Part shown: positions 8,284-16,976 of the stretch, piece by piece
Position numbering within the stretch: position 1 is the stretch's first letter
How the letters are laid out: each line of letters begins with the position of its first letter
DNA from: Candidatus Methylomirabilota bacterium
Lineage (GTDB): Bacteria; Methylomirabilota; Methylomirabilia; Rokubacteriales; CSP1-6
Assembly (NCBI GenBank): GCA_036265915.1
Contig: DATAOC010000040.1
Location: 10,571 to 74,570, forward strand
Direction of reading: 5' to 3'
DNA length: 64,000 nt
Made by a program: the position numbers and the translations under genes
Notes under the pieces: model-generated
What the model saw: only the letters and a program-made list of their open reading frames with translations
What the model was told of the DNA's origin: nothing
The model's database searches: none

Positions 8284-10077
8284 TCAGCTGGCGCGCGAGC
8301 GGGCCAGCTCCTGCTCGACGAGCGCCGCGAGATCTTCCAGTGTTCGCCGGTCGGCGTCGCTGAGGTCGCGCGGCCGGTGGTCGCCGAGACACAGCGTCCC
8401 GATGCGGTGGGGGCCGATGCGGACCGGATGGCCAGCGTAGAACCGGATACGCGGCTCGCCGGCGACGAGCGGGTTGTCGGCGAAGCGCGGATCGAGCCGG
8501 GCGTCCGGGACGACGAACGGGTCGTCGCCGTGAATCGTGTAGGCACAGAACGCCGCCTCCCGCGGCGTCTCGCGAATGTCGATGCCGCTCGTGGACTTGA
8601 ACCACTGCCGCTCCTCGTCGACGAGGGTCACCAGCGCCATCGGCACGTCGAACACCCGCCGGGCCAGGCGTGTCAGCCGATCGAACCGCTCCTCCGACGG
8701 CGTGTCGAGCAGCTGGAGCCGACGCAGCGCCTCCACCCGGTCGGGCTCGTCGACCGGCGCCGGCGCCGACACCCAGCGGCACGCCTGACGCAGCGCCCAC
8801 GCGCGAATCCGCGTGCGGGCGTACACGAGCGAGAACGGCGCCACCAGCCAGTCGGTGACGCCGGCCTCGGCTCCGCCGGCCCGGTCCGCTTCGGATTCGC
8901 GCGCGGCGACCATGACGATCGGCAGGTCGGCCGCGTCGTGCCGGAGCATGCGCGCGAGCTCGAGGCCGTCGTCGCCGCCGAGCCGGCGTCCGAGGAGCAG
9001 CAGCGAGGGGGGCGTCACGCGGACGAGGGAGACGGCCTCGTCGGGCGTCTTGGCGATCATCACCGTGAAGCCGTCGACACGCGCCGCATCGGCGAGCCGC
9101 TCGCGCAGCGCCGTCTGCGCCACCGCGACCAGGACGGACTGCGCGAGCGCTCGGCACGGCACCGCCGACTCTGCGTCCACGGGCGAGGGCGGGGCGGTCG
9201 CGTGCCGCACGGCATGCTGAGCGCCGCGCACGTCGAGCGTCTGTCCCTCCGCGGCTGCGAACAGATCGACGGTCGACGCGGTGCGCCGCGCCGCCGCGAC
9301 GACAGCGTCGAGGCCGGCGTCGTCGCGGTGCGGGTCGTGGTGGAAGAGCGCGACGCGGCGGACATCGGCGTCACGGGCGAGCGTCGCCACCGAGTCGACC
9401 GTGCTGTGCCCCCAGCCGATCTTGCTCGCGTACTCCGCGACGGTGTACTGCGCGTCGTGGATGAGGAGATCCGCTCCGGCGAGGAACTGCGCGTGGCGCC
9501 GGTCCTCGCCGGTCAGCTCGCCGGCGAGGCCCTCGGCGAGCGCGCGGCTGTGAGGCTCGTGATCGGTTGCGTACACCAGCGTGGCGCCGTCGGCCTCGAG
9601 CCGATAGCCGAGGGTGAGCGCGGGATGATTGAGATAGCGCGTGCTCACGCGGATGTCGCCGATGGCGAACTCGCCCTCCACGAGATCGTGATAGCGGACA
9701 GTGGCGGCGAACTGCTCGAGCGTGATCGGGAAATAGGTGTACTGCATCTGTCCGGCGAGCGTCTCGCGGAGCGACTCGCGCAGGCCTCGCGGCGCGTAGA
9801 CATCCCACTCGTCGCCCGGCGCGAAGAGCGGCGCGAAGAACGGAAAGCCCTGGATGTGATCCCAGTGCGTGTGCGTGATGAGGATGTGGCCGCGCCGCGG
9901 CCCCCGCTGCGCCATGAGCGCGTGCCCGAGCGCATGCGCCCCGGTGCCGCAGTCGAGCACCAGCAACAGGCCGGAATCCGAGCGCACTTCCACGCAGGAG
10001 GTATTGCCGCCGTAGCGAACGGTGCCCGCACCCGGCTTGGCGATGGAGCCCCGCGTTCCCCAGAACCGAACTCGCAT
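8284..10077 (-). CDS. Multidomain protein: MBL-fold metallo-hydrolase + pseudo-receiver + GAF domain
   Basis: 597 aa from ATG 10077 (SD AGGAGG). HTHWDH metal-binding motif. Middle REC-like domain with the phospho-acceptor position substituted (LLLLGRRL). C-terminal GAF (…FCAYTIHGDDPFVVPDARLDPRF…). Confidence 0.75.
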   Translation of the reverse strand: MRVRFWGTRGSIAKPGAGTVRYGGNTSCVEVRSDSGLLLVLDCGTGAHALGHALMAQRGPRRGHILITHTHWDHIQGFPFFAPLFAPGDEWDVYAPRGLRESLRETLAGQMQYTYFPITLEQFAATVRYHDLVEGEFAIGDIRVSTRYLNHPALTLGYRLEADGATLVYATDHEPHSRALAEGLAGELTGEDRRHAQFLAGADLLIHDAQYTVAEYASKIGWGHSTVDSVATLARDADVRRVALFHHDPHRDDAGLDAVVAAARRTASTVDLFAAAEGQTLDVRGAQHAVRHATAPPSPVDAESAVPCRALAQSVLVAVAQTALRERLADAARVDGFTVMIAKTPDEAVSLVRVTPPSLLLLGRRLGGDDGLELARMLRHDAADLPIVMVAARESEADRAGGAEAGVTDWLVAPFSLVYARTRIRAWALRQACRWVSAPAPVDEPDRVEALRRLQLLDTPSEERFDRLTRLARRVFDVPMALVTLVDEERQWFKSTSGIDIRETPREAAFCAYTIHGDDPFVVPDARLDPRFADNPLVAGEPRIRFYAGHPVRIGPHRIGTLCLGDHRPRDLSDADRRTLEDLAALVEQELARSRAS

Positions 10078-10191
10078 CAAACCCTCCTGAGCGTGCCAGA
10101 GAGAGATGCCACAAGTCGGGCGTGTGCGAAAGGCCCTGGGGAAGGCGCCTCGTCGTCGCGTATGATGGCGCCTCACCGGTGGAGGTGAGGC

Positions 10192-11088
10192 ATGGCAAAC
10201 GTGCAGCTGGCGCGGGTGGCGCGCCCGGAGGGCGCGGCGTGGGGCATCGTCGCCGACGACCACATCGAGCTCGTGGCCACGGATGCGGGGACGAACGGCG
10301 GCTTCTTCGCGTCGCTTTTGCAGCTTCCGCGCCCTGCCCGCGCGCTGGCCGAGCGTCGCCGCGGGGCGCCGTCGCTGAAGCTCGCGGACGTCGTCGCGGC
10401 GCCGGTCGGCGGCAACGCGCCGCATCTGCTGCCCCCGCTGGACCTGCAAGAAGTCTGGGCGGCGGGGGTGACGTACGAGCGCAGTCGCGTGGCGCGCATG
10501 GAGGAGACCGCGGGCGCCGAGACGTTCTACGACAAGGTCTACACGGCCGAGCGCCCCGAGCTGTTCTTCAAGGGCGCCGCTTCGCGGGTGAGCGGACACA
10601 ACGGGCCGATCCGCATCCGCCGCGACGCCACCTGGAACGTGCCGGAGCCCGAGATCGCGGTCCTGGTCACCGCGCACGGCGAGGTCGCCGGCTACTGCAT
10701 CGGCAACGACGTCAGCTCACGCGACATCGAAGGCGAGAACCCGCTCTATCTCCCGCAAGCGAAGATCTACCGGCAGTCGTGCGCGCTCGGCCCGGTGGTG
10801 TGGCTGACCGACGAGGAGTCGGCACCGGTGTTCGACATCGCCATCAGCATCCAGCGTCGCGGCGCCGTCGTCTACGACGGCAAGATCTCGACCTCGTCGA
10901 TGCGCCGGTCGTTCGCCGACCTTGCCGGCTGGCTCGTGCGCGACAACGTGTTTCCCGCCGGCGCCTACCTCCTCACCGGGACCGGGCTCGTGCCCGAGTC
11001 GGGATTCACGCTGAGCGTCGACGATCGCGTGTCGATCACCGTGCCCCGGCTGGGCACGCTGGCCAACCACGTCGTCCAGGACCCATGA
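10192..11088 (+). CDS. Fumarylacetoacetate hydrolase (FAH) family protein
   Basis: 298 aa. FAH-family C-terminal fold (…GNDVSSRDIEGENPLYLPQAKIY…). SD GGAGGTGAGG. Confidence 0.85.
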   Translation: MANVQLARVARPEGAAWGIVADDHIELVATDAGTNGGFFASLLQLPRPARALAERRRGAPSLKLADVVAAPVGGNAPHLLPPLDLQEVWAAGVTYERSRVARMEETAGAETFYDKVYTAERPELFFKGAASRVSGHNGPIRIRRDATWNVPEPEIAVLVTAHGEVAGYCIGNDVSSRDIEGENPLYLPQAKIYRQSCALGPVVWLTDEESAPVFDIAISIQRRGAVVYDGKISTSSMRRSFADLAGWLVRDNVFPAGAYLLTGTGLVPESGFTLSVDDRVSITVPRLGTLANHVVQDP

Positions 11089-11663
11089 ACGCGCACGGGC
11101 ACCTGCCCAAGGCCGATCCGGCCGAGCTGGCTCCGGAGCTGCGCCGGCGGCTCGAGGTGTGGTTCGACAAGGCCTACCGCGACGACAACCTGTTCCTCAC
11201 GCTGGCGCGCGAGCCGGCGGTGCTCGACCTGTTCCTGGGCTGGGTATCGCTGATCTACACGGAGCGCGCGCGCCTGGAGCCCAAGGTCGTGGAGCTGTGC
11301 CGCATCCGGCTCGCCGCCCGCAACGCCTGCGTGCACTGAAGCCTCGCGCGTAGCGCATCGTTGATGCGCAACGGGCTGACGGGGGCGGAGGTCGATGCAG
11401 CGCTCGGCGATCTCGACGCCGCCACGGCCCTGCCGCCGGCGACGGTGACCGCCTTGCGCCTGGCCGACCGGCTCACGGAGCCGGCGCCGCGCGTCGATCG
11501 CGAGTTCTACGCGGAGCTGCGGCGGCACTTCGACGAAGGCCAGATCCTGGCCCTCGGTGCCGCGCTGTCGGTCGCCTCGGGCTGGCAGCGTTTCATCGAG
11601 GCCTTCGGGATCCGCCCTGACGGCTGGACGGAGGCGACCCCGGTGCCCGGGCGCCCGACCTAG
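11085..11663 (+). CDS. Carboxymuconolactone decarboxylase / AhpD-like (peroxidase-related) protein. Candidate selenoprotein with an in-frame TGA at 11337..11339 read as Sec
   Basis: ATG 11085 overlaps the FAH stop (ATGA). The first 84 codons end ...RNACVH-TGA. TGA is in frame with ORF 11361..11663, whose 'M' is TTG inside the hairpin loop. Read-through gives the CxxU motif CVHU at the position of the AhpD/CMD CxxC. A hairpin begins 14 nt after the TGA. Total length about 192 aa, matching peroxidase-related CMD proteins. Confidence 0.6.
11353..11369 (+). ncRNA. Putative bacterial SECIS-like stem-loop for the TGA at 11337..11339
   Basis: GCGCAUC-GUU-GAUGCGC: perfect 7-bp stem, G/U loop, 13-nt spacer after the UGA. 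Confidence 0.45.
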
Positions 11664-11833
11664 CTCGCCGCGGCGGCGACCACGGCCTTGTCGGCGAGAC
11701 GGTGCGACCGACGACGCCGACGCTGCCACCGATAGAACGCGTACAGGGCCGCCTTGCCGAACGGCGTATCGACCGAGACGACGGCGCCGGCCGTCGTCAT
11801 GAACAGAGCCGCGATGATCCCGGGCAGCAGCAT
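11660..11833 (-). CDS. Small hypothetical membrane protein (57 aa)
   Basis: Not in the ORF track (below size cut-off). ATG 11833 preceded by AAGAGGAG. Strong GC3 bias. One TM helix, then an Arg-rich tail. Its TAG overlaps the convergent AhpD-like stop in a CTAG palindrome. Confidence 0.4.
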   Translation of the reverse strand: MLLPGIIAALFMTTAGAVVSVDTPFGKAALYAFYRWQRRRRRSHRLADKAVVAAAAS

Positions 11834-12065
11834 GACCGATTCTCCTCTTCCATTGAGACGCGTCGATCGAACAAGCAGGTGCGCATCGCAACCATGGTGC
11901 CAGTCCCAGGTCGGTGGTAAGGCGCCGGAACGCATCGCATTGAAATAACAACAGACCGATCGAGGCACGGAAAAACCTCGGGCGAGCGGCGAAGTGCCCG
12001 GGAGCCAACCGGCGCAACGCCCGAAGCGCCGGCCCGCGGCTCGCCGGTATATACTCCGGCGCGCC

Positions 12066-12743
12066 ATGAGCCTCGCGCATCCGCGCCGCCGGCCGATGCT
12101 CGTGCGCGTCGTCCGGGCTCGCGTGCGGCTGTTCGTTTCTGCCGGCGTCGCCGTCGGCGTGGCCATCCTCCTCATGGCGCTGACGGACTGGCGGGGCTTC
12201 ACACGGAGCCTGGCGGCCTGGGACGTCGGTGTTGCGCTCTACCTGATCCTGGCCCTCTCCGCGATGGCCCGCTCGGGTGTTGCCGCCATCCGCGTCAATG
12301 CGGCGGCGCAGGACGAGGGGCAGCTCGCGATCCTGCTGCTCACGGTCACGGCGGCGCTGGCGAGCCTGGCCGCCATCTTCGCCGAGCTCGGCGTCGGCGC
12401 GGTCGGCACCGCCGCGCGGCGGCCGGCCACCGTCGCCTTCGCGGCGCTGACCATCTTCCTGTCGTGGACGTTCATCCACATGATCTTCGCGCTGCACTAC
12501 GCGCACGAGTTCTACGACGCGCACACGCCCGGCGGCATGGCGTTCCCGGGTGACAGCACGGAGCCGGACTACTGGGACTTCGTGTATTTCTCCTTCGTGA
12601 TCGGCATGACCTCCCAGGTCTCGGACGTCGCGGTGACGAGTAAGCCGATCCGGCGGATGGTGGCTGCCCACGCGGTCCTGGCCTTCATCTTCAACGTCGC
12701 GCTGCTCGCGCTCAGCATCAATCTCGCCGCGCAGGCGTTCTGA
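12066..12743 (+). CDS. DUF1345 family integral membrane protein
   Basis: Multi-TM protein with ...WTFIHMIFALHYAHEFY... The ORF opens at 11994, but the first ATG with a sensible N-terminus is 12066. Confidence 0.7.
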   Translation: MSLAHPRRRPMLVRVVRARVRLFVSAGVAVGVAILLMALTDWRGFTRSLAAWDVGVALYLILALSAMARSGVAAIRVNAAAQDEGQLAILLLTVTAALASLAAIFAELGVGAVGTAARRPATVAFAALTIFLSWTFIHMIFALHYAHEFYDAHTPGGMAFPGDSTEPDYWDFVYFSFVIGMTSQVSDVAVTSKPIRRMVAAHAVLAFIFNVALLALSINLAAQAF

Positions 12744-12832
12744 CCCCCGGTGCTCTACGCTCGATGTGCAACCGCTTGCTCACTGGCGCTCGGCGATTCG
12801 CTCCCGTAGACTCGCTGGCACGGAGGTGTGTG

Positions 12833-13498
12833 ATGAAGCGACCCTTGGTGGTCCTGATCCTGTGCTGTGCCACCGCGGTGACCGTGTCGGCGTGCGCCAC
12901 GAAGAAGTTCGTGCGTGAGCAGGTCGGCATGACCGAGACCGCGCTCGGCCAGCGTGCCGATACGCAGCAGAACGAGCTGCGCCAGACGGCCGAGCGCACC
13001 AGCGCCAACGCGCAGGCCATCGATGCGGCCACGCAGCGGTTACAGACGGTCGACTCCCGCGTCGGCGAGGTCAGCGCGCTGGCTCGCGACGCGCGCGAGG
13101 AGGCGAGCGCCGTCAACCAAAAGTTCGCAAACCGCAACAAGTACGCGACGCTCGAGAAGAAGTCCGTCTACTTCGACTTCAACAAGGCGAGTCTCCGCGA
13201 CGAGGGTATGACGGAGCTCGAGGACGTGGCGAAGGCCCTCAAGGCCGATCCCAACGCGGTCGTCGAGCTGCAGGGCTACGCCGATCCGCGCGGCAACGAC
13301 GACTACAACTACCGCCTCACGCGTGACCGCGTCGACGCCGTCGTGCGGTACCTCGTGCAGCGACACGGCATCGAGCTGCACCGGGTGTCCGCGGTCGGCA
13401 TGGGCAAGGCGCCGCTCGACAACGGCGCCCGCAAGGATCGCGACACGCTGGCCAAGAGCCGCCGCGTCGACATCGTCCTGCTCGCGCCGCAGAGCTGA
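12833..13498 (+). CDS. OmpA/MotB-family lipoprotein (Pal-like, with a coiled-coil linker)
   Basis: Lipoprotein signal MKRPLVVLILCCATAVTVSAC. SD GGAGG. C-terminal OmpA peptidoglycan-binding motifs (...ELQGYADPRGNDDYNYRLTRDRVDAVVRYL...). Confidence 0.85.
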   Translation: MKRPLVVLILCCATAVTVSACATKKFVREQVGMTETALGQRADTQQNELRQTAERTSANAQAIDAATQRLQTVDSRVGEVSALARDAREEASAVNQKFANRNKYATLEKKSVYFDFNKASLRDEGMTELEDVAKALKADPNAVVELQGYADPRGNDDYNYRLTRDRVDAVVRYLVQRHGIELHRVSAVGMGKAPLDNGARKDRDTLAKSRRVDIVLLAPQS

Positions 13499-13553
13499 CG
13501 GAGCACCGGCCCGCGCGCTTGACCGAGTGCGGCAGGATGGCTAGGCTGCCGGC

Positions 13554-15146
13554 ATGATCGTCAAGGGCGCGTGGCCGGACGTCAGCATCCCCGAGGTGCC
13601 GATCACGGAGTACGTGCTGCGCCACGCGGCGCGGCTGCGTGACAAGCCGGCCATGATCGACGGCCCGAGCGGACGCACGCTCACCTACGGCCAGCTCGAG
13701 GACAGCATCCGTCGGGTGGCGACCGCCCTGTCGCGGCGCGGATTCCGCAAGGGCGATGTCTTCGCGATCTACAGCCCGAACCTGCCGGAATACGCGGTGA
13801 TCTTCAACGCGGTGGCCAGCCTCGGCGGCGTGAACACGACCGTCAATCCGCTGTACACGGCCGGCGAGCTGGCCAACCAGCTGAAGGACTCCGGCGCGCG
13901 CTTCCTGATCACCGTGCCGGCGTTCCTCGACAAGGCGCGCGAGGCCGCGGCCGCCGTCGGCCTCACCGAGGTGTACGTGTTCGGCTCCGCGGAGGGCGCA
14001 CGACCGTTTGCCGAGCTGCTGGAGGCGCCGCCGACGCCGCCCGTGGTGCGGATCGATCCCCGGCGTGACGTGGTGGCGCTGCCGTACTCGAGCGGCACCA
14101 CCGGGTTGCCCAAGGGCGTCATGCTGACGCACTACAACCTCGTCGCCAACCTGAGCCAGTGCGAGGGCGCGCGGGACTTCGACGGCTTCAAGGAGTCCGA
14201 CGTCATCATCGCCGTGCTGCCGTTCTTCCACATCTACGGCCTCGTGGTGATCATGAAGCTCGGTCTTTGCCAGGGCGGCACGATCCTCAGCATGCCCCGC
14301 TTCGACTTCGCCGAGTTCCTGGCCGCGATGCAGAAGTACCGGGTGAGCATCGCGCCGCTGGTGCCGCCCATCGTGCTCGGCATGGTCAAGAGCCCGGCTG
14401 TCCGCCGGGAGGACCTCGCCAGCGTGCGTCTCGTCTTCTCGGGCGCAGCGCCGCTGGGCGAAGACATCGCCCGCGCGCTCAGCACGAAGCTCGGCTGCCC
14501 CGTCGTGCAGGGCTACGGGATGACGGAAGCCAGCCCCGTCACGCACCTGAGCCCGACGAAGAACGCCCCGTTCCGGCCGGGCTCGATCGGCCTCGTGGTG
14601 CCGAACACGGAGGTGAAGCTGGTGGCCATCGACGGCGCCGGCGAGGTCGGCCGCGGCGAGGAAGGCGAGCTCTGGATCCGCGGGCCGCAGATCATGAAGG
14701 GCTATCTGAACCAGCCCGAGGAGACGGCGGCCGCCATCGATCCGGAAGGCTGGTACCACACCGGCGACGTCGGGTACGTGGACGACCAGGGCTGGTTCTA
14801 CATCGTCGACCGCACCAAGGAGCTCATCAAGTACAAGGGCATGCAGGTGGCACCGGCCGAGCTGGAGGCGCTGCTGCTCACCCACCCGGCCGTGCTCGAC
14901 GCCGCCGTCATCCGCAAGGCCGACGAGGAAGCGGGCGAGGTGCCCAAGGCGTTCGTCGTCCTGAAGGCCGACGCCGAGTCGCGCGCGATCACCGCCGAGG
15001 CGGTCATGGCGTTCGTTGCCGAGCGGGTGGCGCCGCACAAGCGCATCCGTCATCTGGAGTTCACGGACCAGATCCCGAAGTCGGCGTCCGGCAAGATCCT
15101 GCGGCGTCTGCTCGTGCAGAAGGAGACGGCGGCGGCGCGGCGGTGA
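13554..15146 (+). CDS. AMP-binding acyl/aryl-CoA ligase (4-coumarate-CoA ligase-like)
   Basis: YSSGTTGLPKGV, GYGMTE and ...YKGMQVAPAELE... adenylate-forming signatures. Confidence 0.9.
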   Translation: MIVKGAWPDVSIPEVPITEYVLRHAARLRDKPAMIDGPSGRTLTYGQLEDSIRRVATALSRRGFRKGDVFAIYSPNLPEYAVIFNAVASLGGVNTTVNPLYTAGELANQLKDSGARFLITVPAFLDKAREAAAAVGLTEVYVFGSAEGARPFAELLEAPPTPPVVRIDPRRDVVALPYSSGTTGLPKGVMLTHYNLVANLSQCEGARDFDGFKESDVIIAVLPFFHIYGLVVIMKLGLCQGGTILSMPRFDFAEFLAAMQKYRVSIAPLVPPIVLGMVKSPAVRREDLASVRLVFSGAAPLGEDIARALSTKLGCPVVQGYGMTEASPVTHLSPTKNAPFRPGSIGLVVPNTEVKLVAIDGAGEVGRGEEGELWIRGPQIMKGYLNQPEETAAAIDPEGWYHTGDVGYVDDQGWFYIVDRTKELIKYKGMQVAPAELEALLLTHPAVLDAAVIRKADEEAGEVPKAFVVLKADAESRAITAEAVMAFVAERVAPHKRIRHLEFTDQIPKSASGKILRRLLVQKETAAARR

Positions 15147-16276
15147 AGCGCCTGCTCCATCCCTTCGTTCTGGTCGTCACCGCCATCCTGGTCGTCGGCT
15201 ACGCGTACCTCGCGTGGCGACTCACGGCGACGCCGCTCGCCCGGATCGCGCTGGCACTGCCGTTCGCGTTGATCTGGACGGTGCCGGTCGTCTACTGGAT
15301 GGGCGATCGCGAGCACGTCGGCGCCGTGCACGAGATCGTCCACGCGAGCAGTTACCTCTGCATGGGCTGGCTGAACTTCGTGTTGGTGCTGACGGTGGCC
15401 CGCGACGCGCTGCTGCTCCTCACCGCGCTGCCGGTGTCGGCCGCGGCGGCGCACGCGGCCCTCCGGGATGACGGCGTCGGCTGGGTGCTGGTCGGTTCCG
15501 TGATCGCGCTTGCGCTCGGGGTCCTCACCGCGCGGCGGGGTCCGCACGTCCGCCGCGTCGACATCCGCGTCGACGGCCTGGCGCCCGATCTCGATGGGCT
15601 GCGCATCGCGCAGATCAGTGACCTGCACGTCGGGCCCACGATCGGGTCCGCCTACGTGCAGCGCGTCGTCGACATGACCCGCGCGCTGGCGCCCGATCTG
15701 GTCGCGCTCACCGGCGACATCGTCGATGGCTCCGTTCCGCGCCTGGCCCCGCACGTGGCGCCGCTGGGAGCGCTGGCCGGCGATCGCGCGTTCCTCGTGC
15801 TCGGCAACCACGATTACTACGCAGGCGCCGAGCGCTGGACCGCGCACTTCGAGACGATGGGATTTCGCGTGCTGCGCAACTCGCACGTCACCATCGCGCG
15901 CGGTGCGGCGCGCCTGCTGATCGGCGGCGTGATCGACTTCGCCGCGCGGATGCGGGACGCCTCCGCACGCCCGCGGCCGGACCTCGCGCGCGACGCGGCG
16001 CCGGCCGCCTACCGGGTCCTGCTCGCGCACAACCCGAAGATCGCCCCGCAGGCCGAGGAGGCGGGGTTCGACCTGCAGCTGTCGGGGCACACGCACGCCG
16101 GGCAGTTCTTCCCGTGGACGCTGGCCGTGCGCCTGATCCATGCGCCACACGCGGCCGGCCTGTCACGGCGCGGCCGCATGTGGGTCTACGTCAGCGCCGG
16201 CACCGGGACATGGGGACCGCCCGTGCGCTTCGGCACCACGCCGGAGCTGACGCTGCTGCGACTGGTCGCGACCTGA
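15143..16276 (+). CDS. Membrane-anchored metallophosphoesterase (calcineurin-like)
   Basis: GTG start overlapping the upstream stop (GTGA). N-terminal TM helices. ISDLHVG, GDIVDG, GNHDY and GHTHAG phosphoesterase motifs. Confidence 0.8.
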   Translation: MKRLLHPFVLVVTAILVVGYAYLAWRLTATPLARIALALPFALIWTVPVVYWMGDREHVGAVHEIVHASSYLCMGWLNFVLVLTVARDALLLLTALPVSAAAAHAALRDDGVGWVLVGSVIALALGVLTARRGPHVRRVDIRVDGLAPDLDGLRIAQISDLHVGPTIGSAYVQRVVDMTRALAPDLVALTGDIVDGSVPRLAPHVAPLGALAGDRAFLVLGNHDYYAGAERWTAHFETMGFRVLRNSHVTIARGAARLLIGGVIDFAARMRDASARPRPDLARDAAPAAYRVLLAHNPKIAPQAEEAGFDLQLSGHTHAGQFFPWTLAVRLIHAPHAAGLSRRGRMWVYVSAGTGTWGPPVRFGTTPELTLLRLVAT

Positions 16277-16285
16277 GGCGACGCG

Positions 16286-16813
16286 CTACGAGGCGGCGGC
16301 GCGCCGTGAGGGAGGCGGCGCGGCCACGCGCGCCGGCGGCTTGATGGCGCCGAGTCGCCGGTGATCCCAGTTCGGACAGCCGACGGCGTGGGCCACCACG
16401 ATCGACGTGAGATCGTCGTTGCAGCGAGGGCAGGCGAGCCCGCGCTCGGTGCGCACGACCCAGCCGAGACGGTACGTCTCCTGACAGCGCTCGCACGGGA
16501 CCGCGTGCTGGCTGCAGTAGAGGAACAGGATCGCGCGCGCATCGATATCCAGCACGTCGACGTGCTCGATCTCGCGCGGCACGATGATCCACCGGCCCGC
16601 CGCCAGCGCCGAGCTGCGGTCGCCGGGCGCCCGCCGCTCTTCGCGCGGGCTCGCCGCCGGCGCTGCGTCCAGGCGGCTCCCCGGCTCGGACGCGCGGCGG
16701 TCGAGCACCACGCGAATGCCCGAGCCGTCGAGCGCTTGCTGGAGACGACGGCACGCCGCCAGTTCGGCGCGAGGTACGACGACCAGGAGCGACGGTGAGG
16801 GTTGTGGGTTCAT
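16286..16813 (-). CDS. Hypothetical protein with a four-Cys zinc-ribbon-like C-terminus
   Basis: SD GGAGG 5 nt before ATG 16813. CERC...CPRC pair. No family recognised. Confidence 0.45.
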   Translation of the reverse strand: MNPQPSPSLLVVVPRAELAACRRLQQALDGSGIRVVLDRRASEPGSRLDAAPAASPREERRAPGDRSSALAAGRWIIVPREIEHVDVLDIDARAILFLYCSQHAVPCERCQETYRLGWVVRTERGLACPRCNDDLTSIVVAHAVGCPNWDHRRLGAIKPPARVAAPPPSRRAAAS

Positions 16814-16976
16814 GGGGTCCTCCGTTTCCACATCCAGACTACGAACTCGGTGCGCGCGCGACGCTGCTTTTTTCGCGGCCGTCGACGACGTGCCGAAGGG
16901 GCACGTGGCGACCGCCCGCTGCCCAGCCGTTGTTCACATGTCTCTCATCGTGCCATGCGGCGCCGATCGCTGTACG

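Noticed and set aside
8078-10188. ORFs 8188..10188 (+, 666 aa) and 8078..9157 (-, 359 aa)
   Set aside because: Antisense or out-of-frame relative to the MBL-REC-GAF gene and the selenoprotein candidate. Low-complexity translations with no SD.
10122-11339. ORF 10122..11339 (+, 405 aa) as a single gene
   Set aside because: Its first about 320 codons are an out-of-frame Arg-rich shadow of the FAH gene. Only the segment from ATG 11085 (ATGA-coupled to the FAH stop) is coding.
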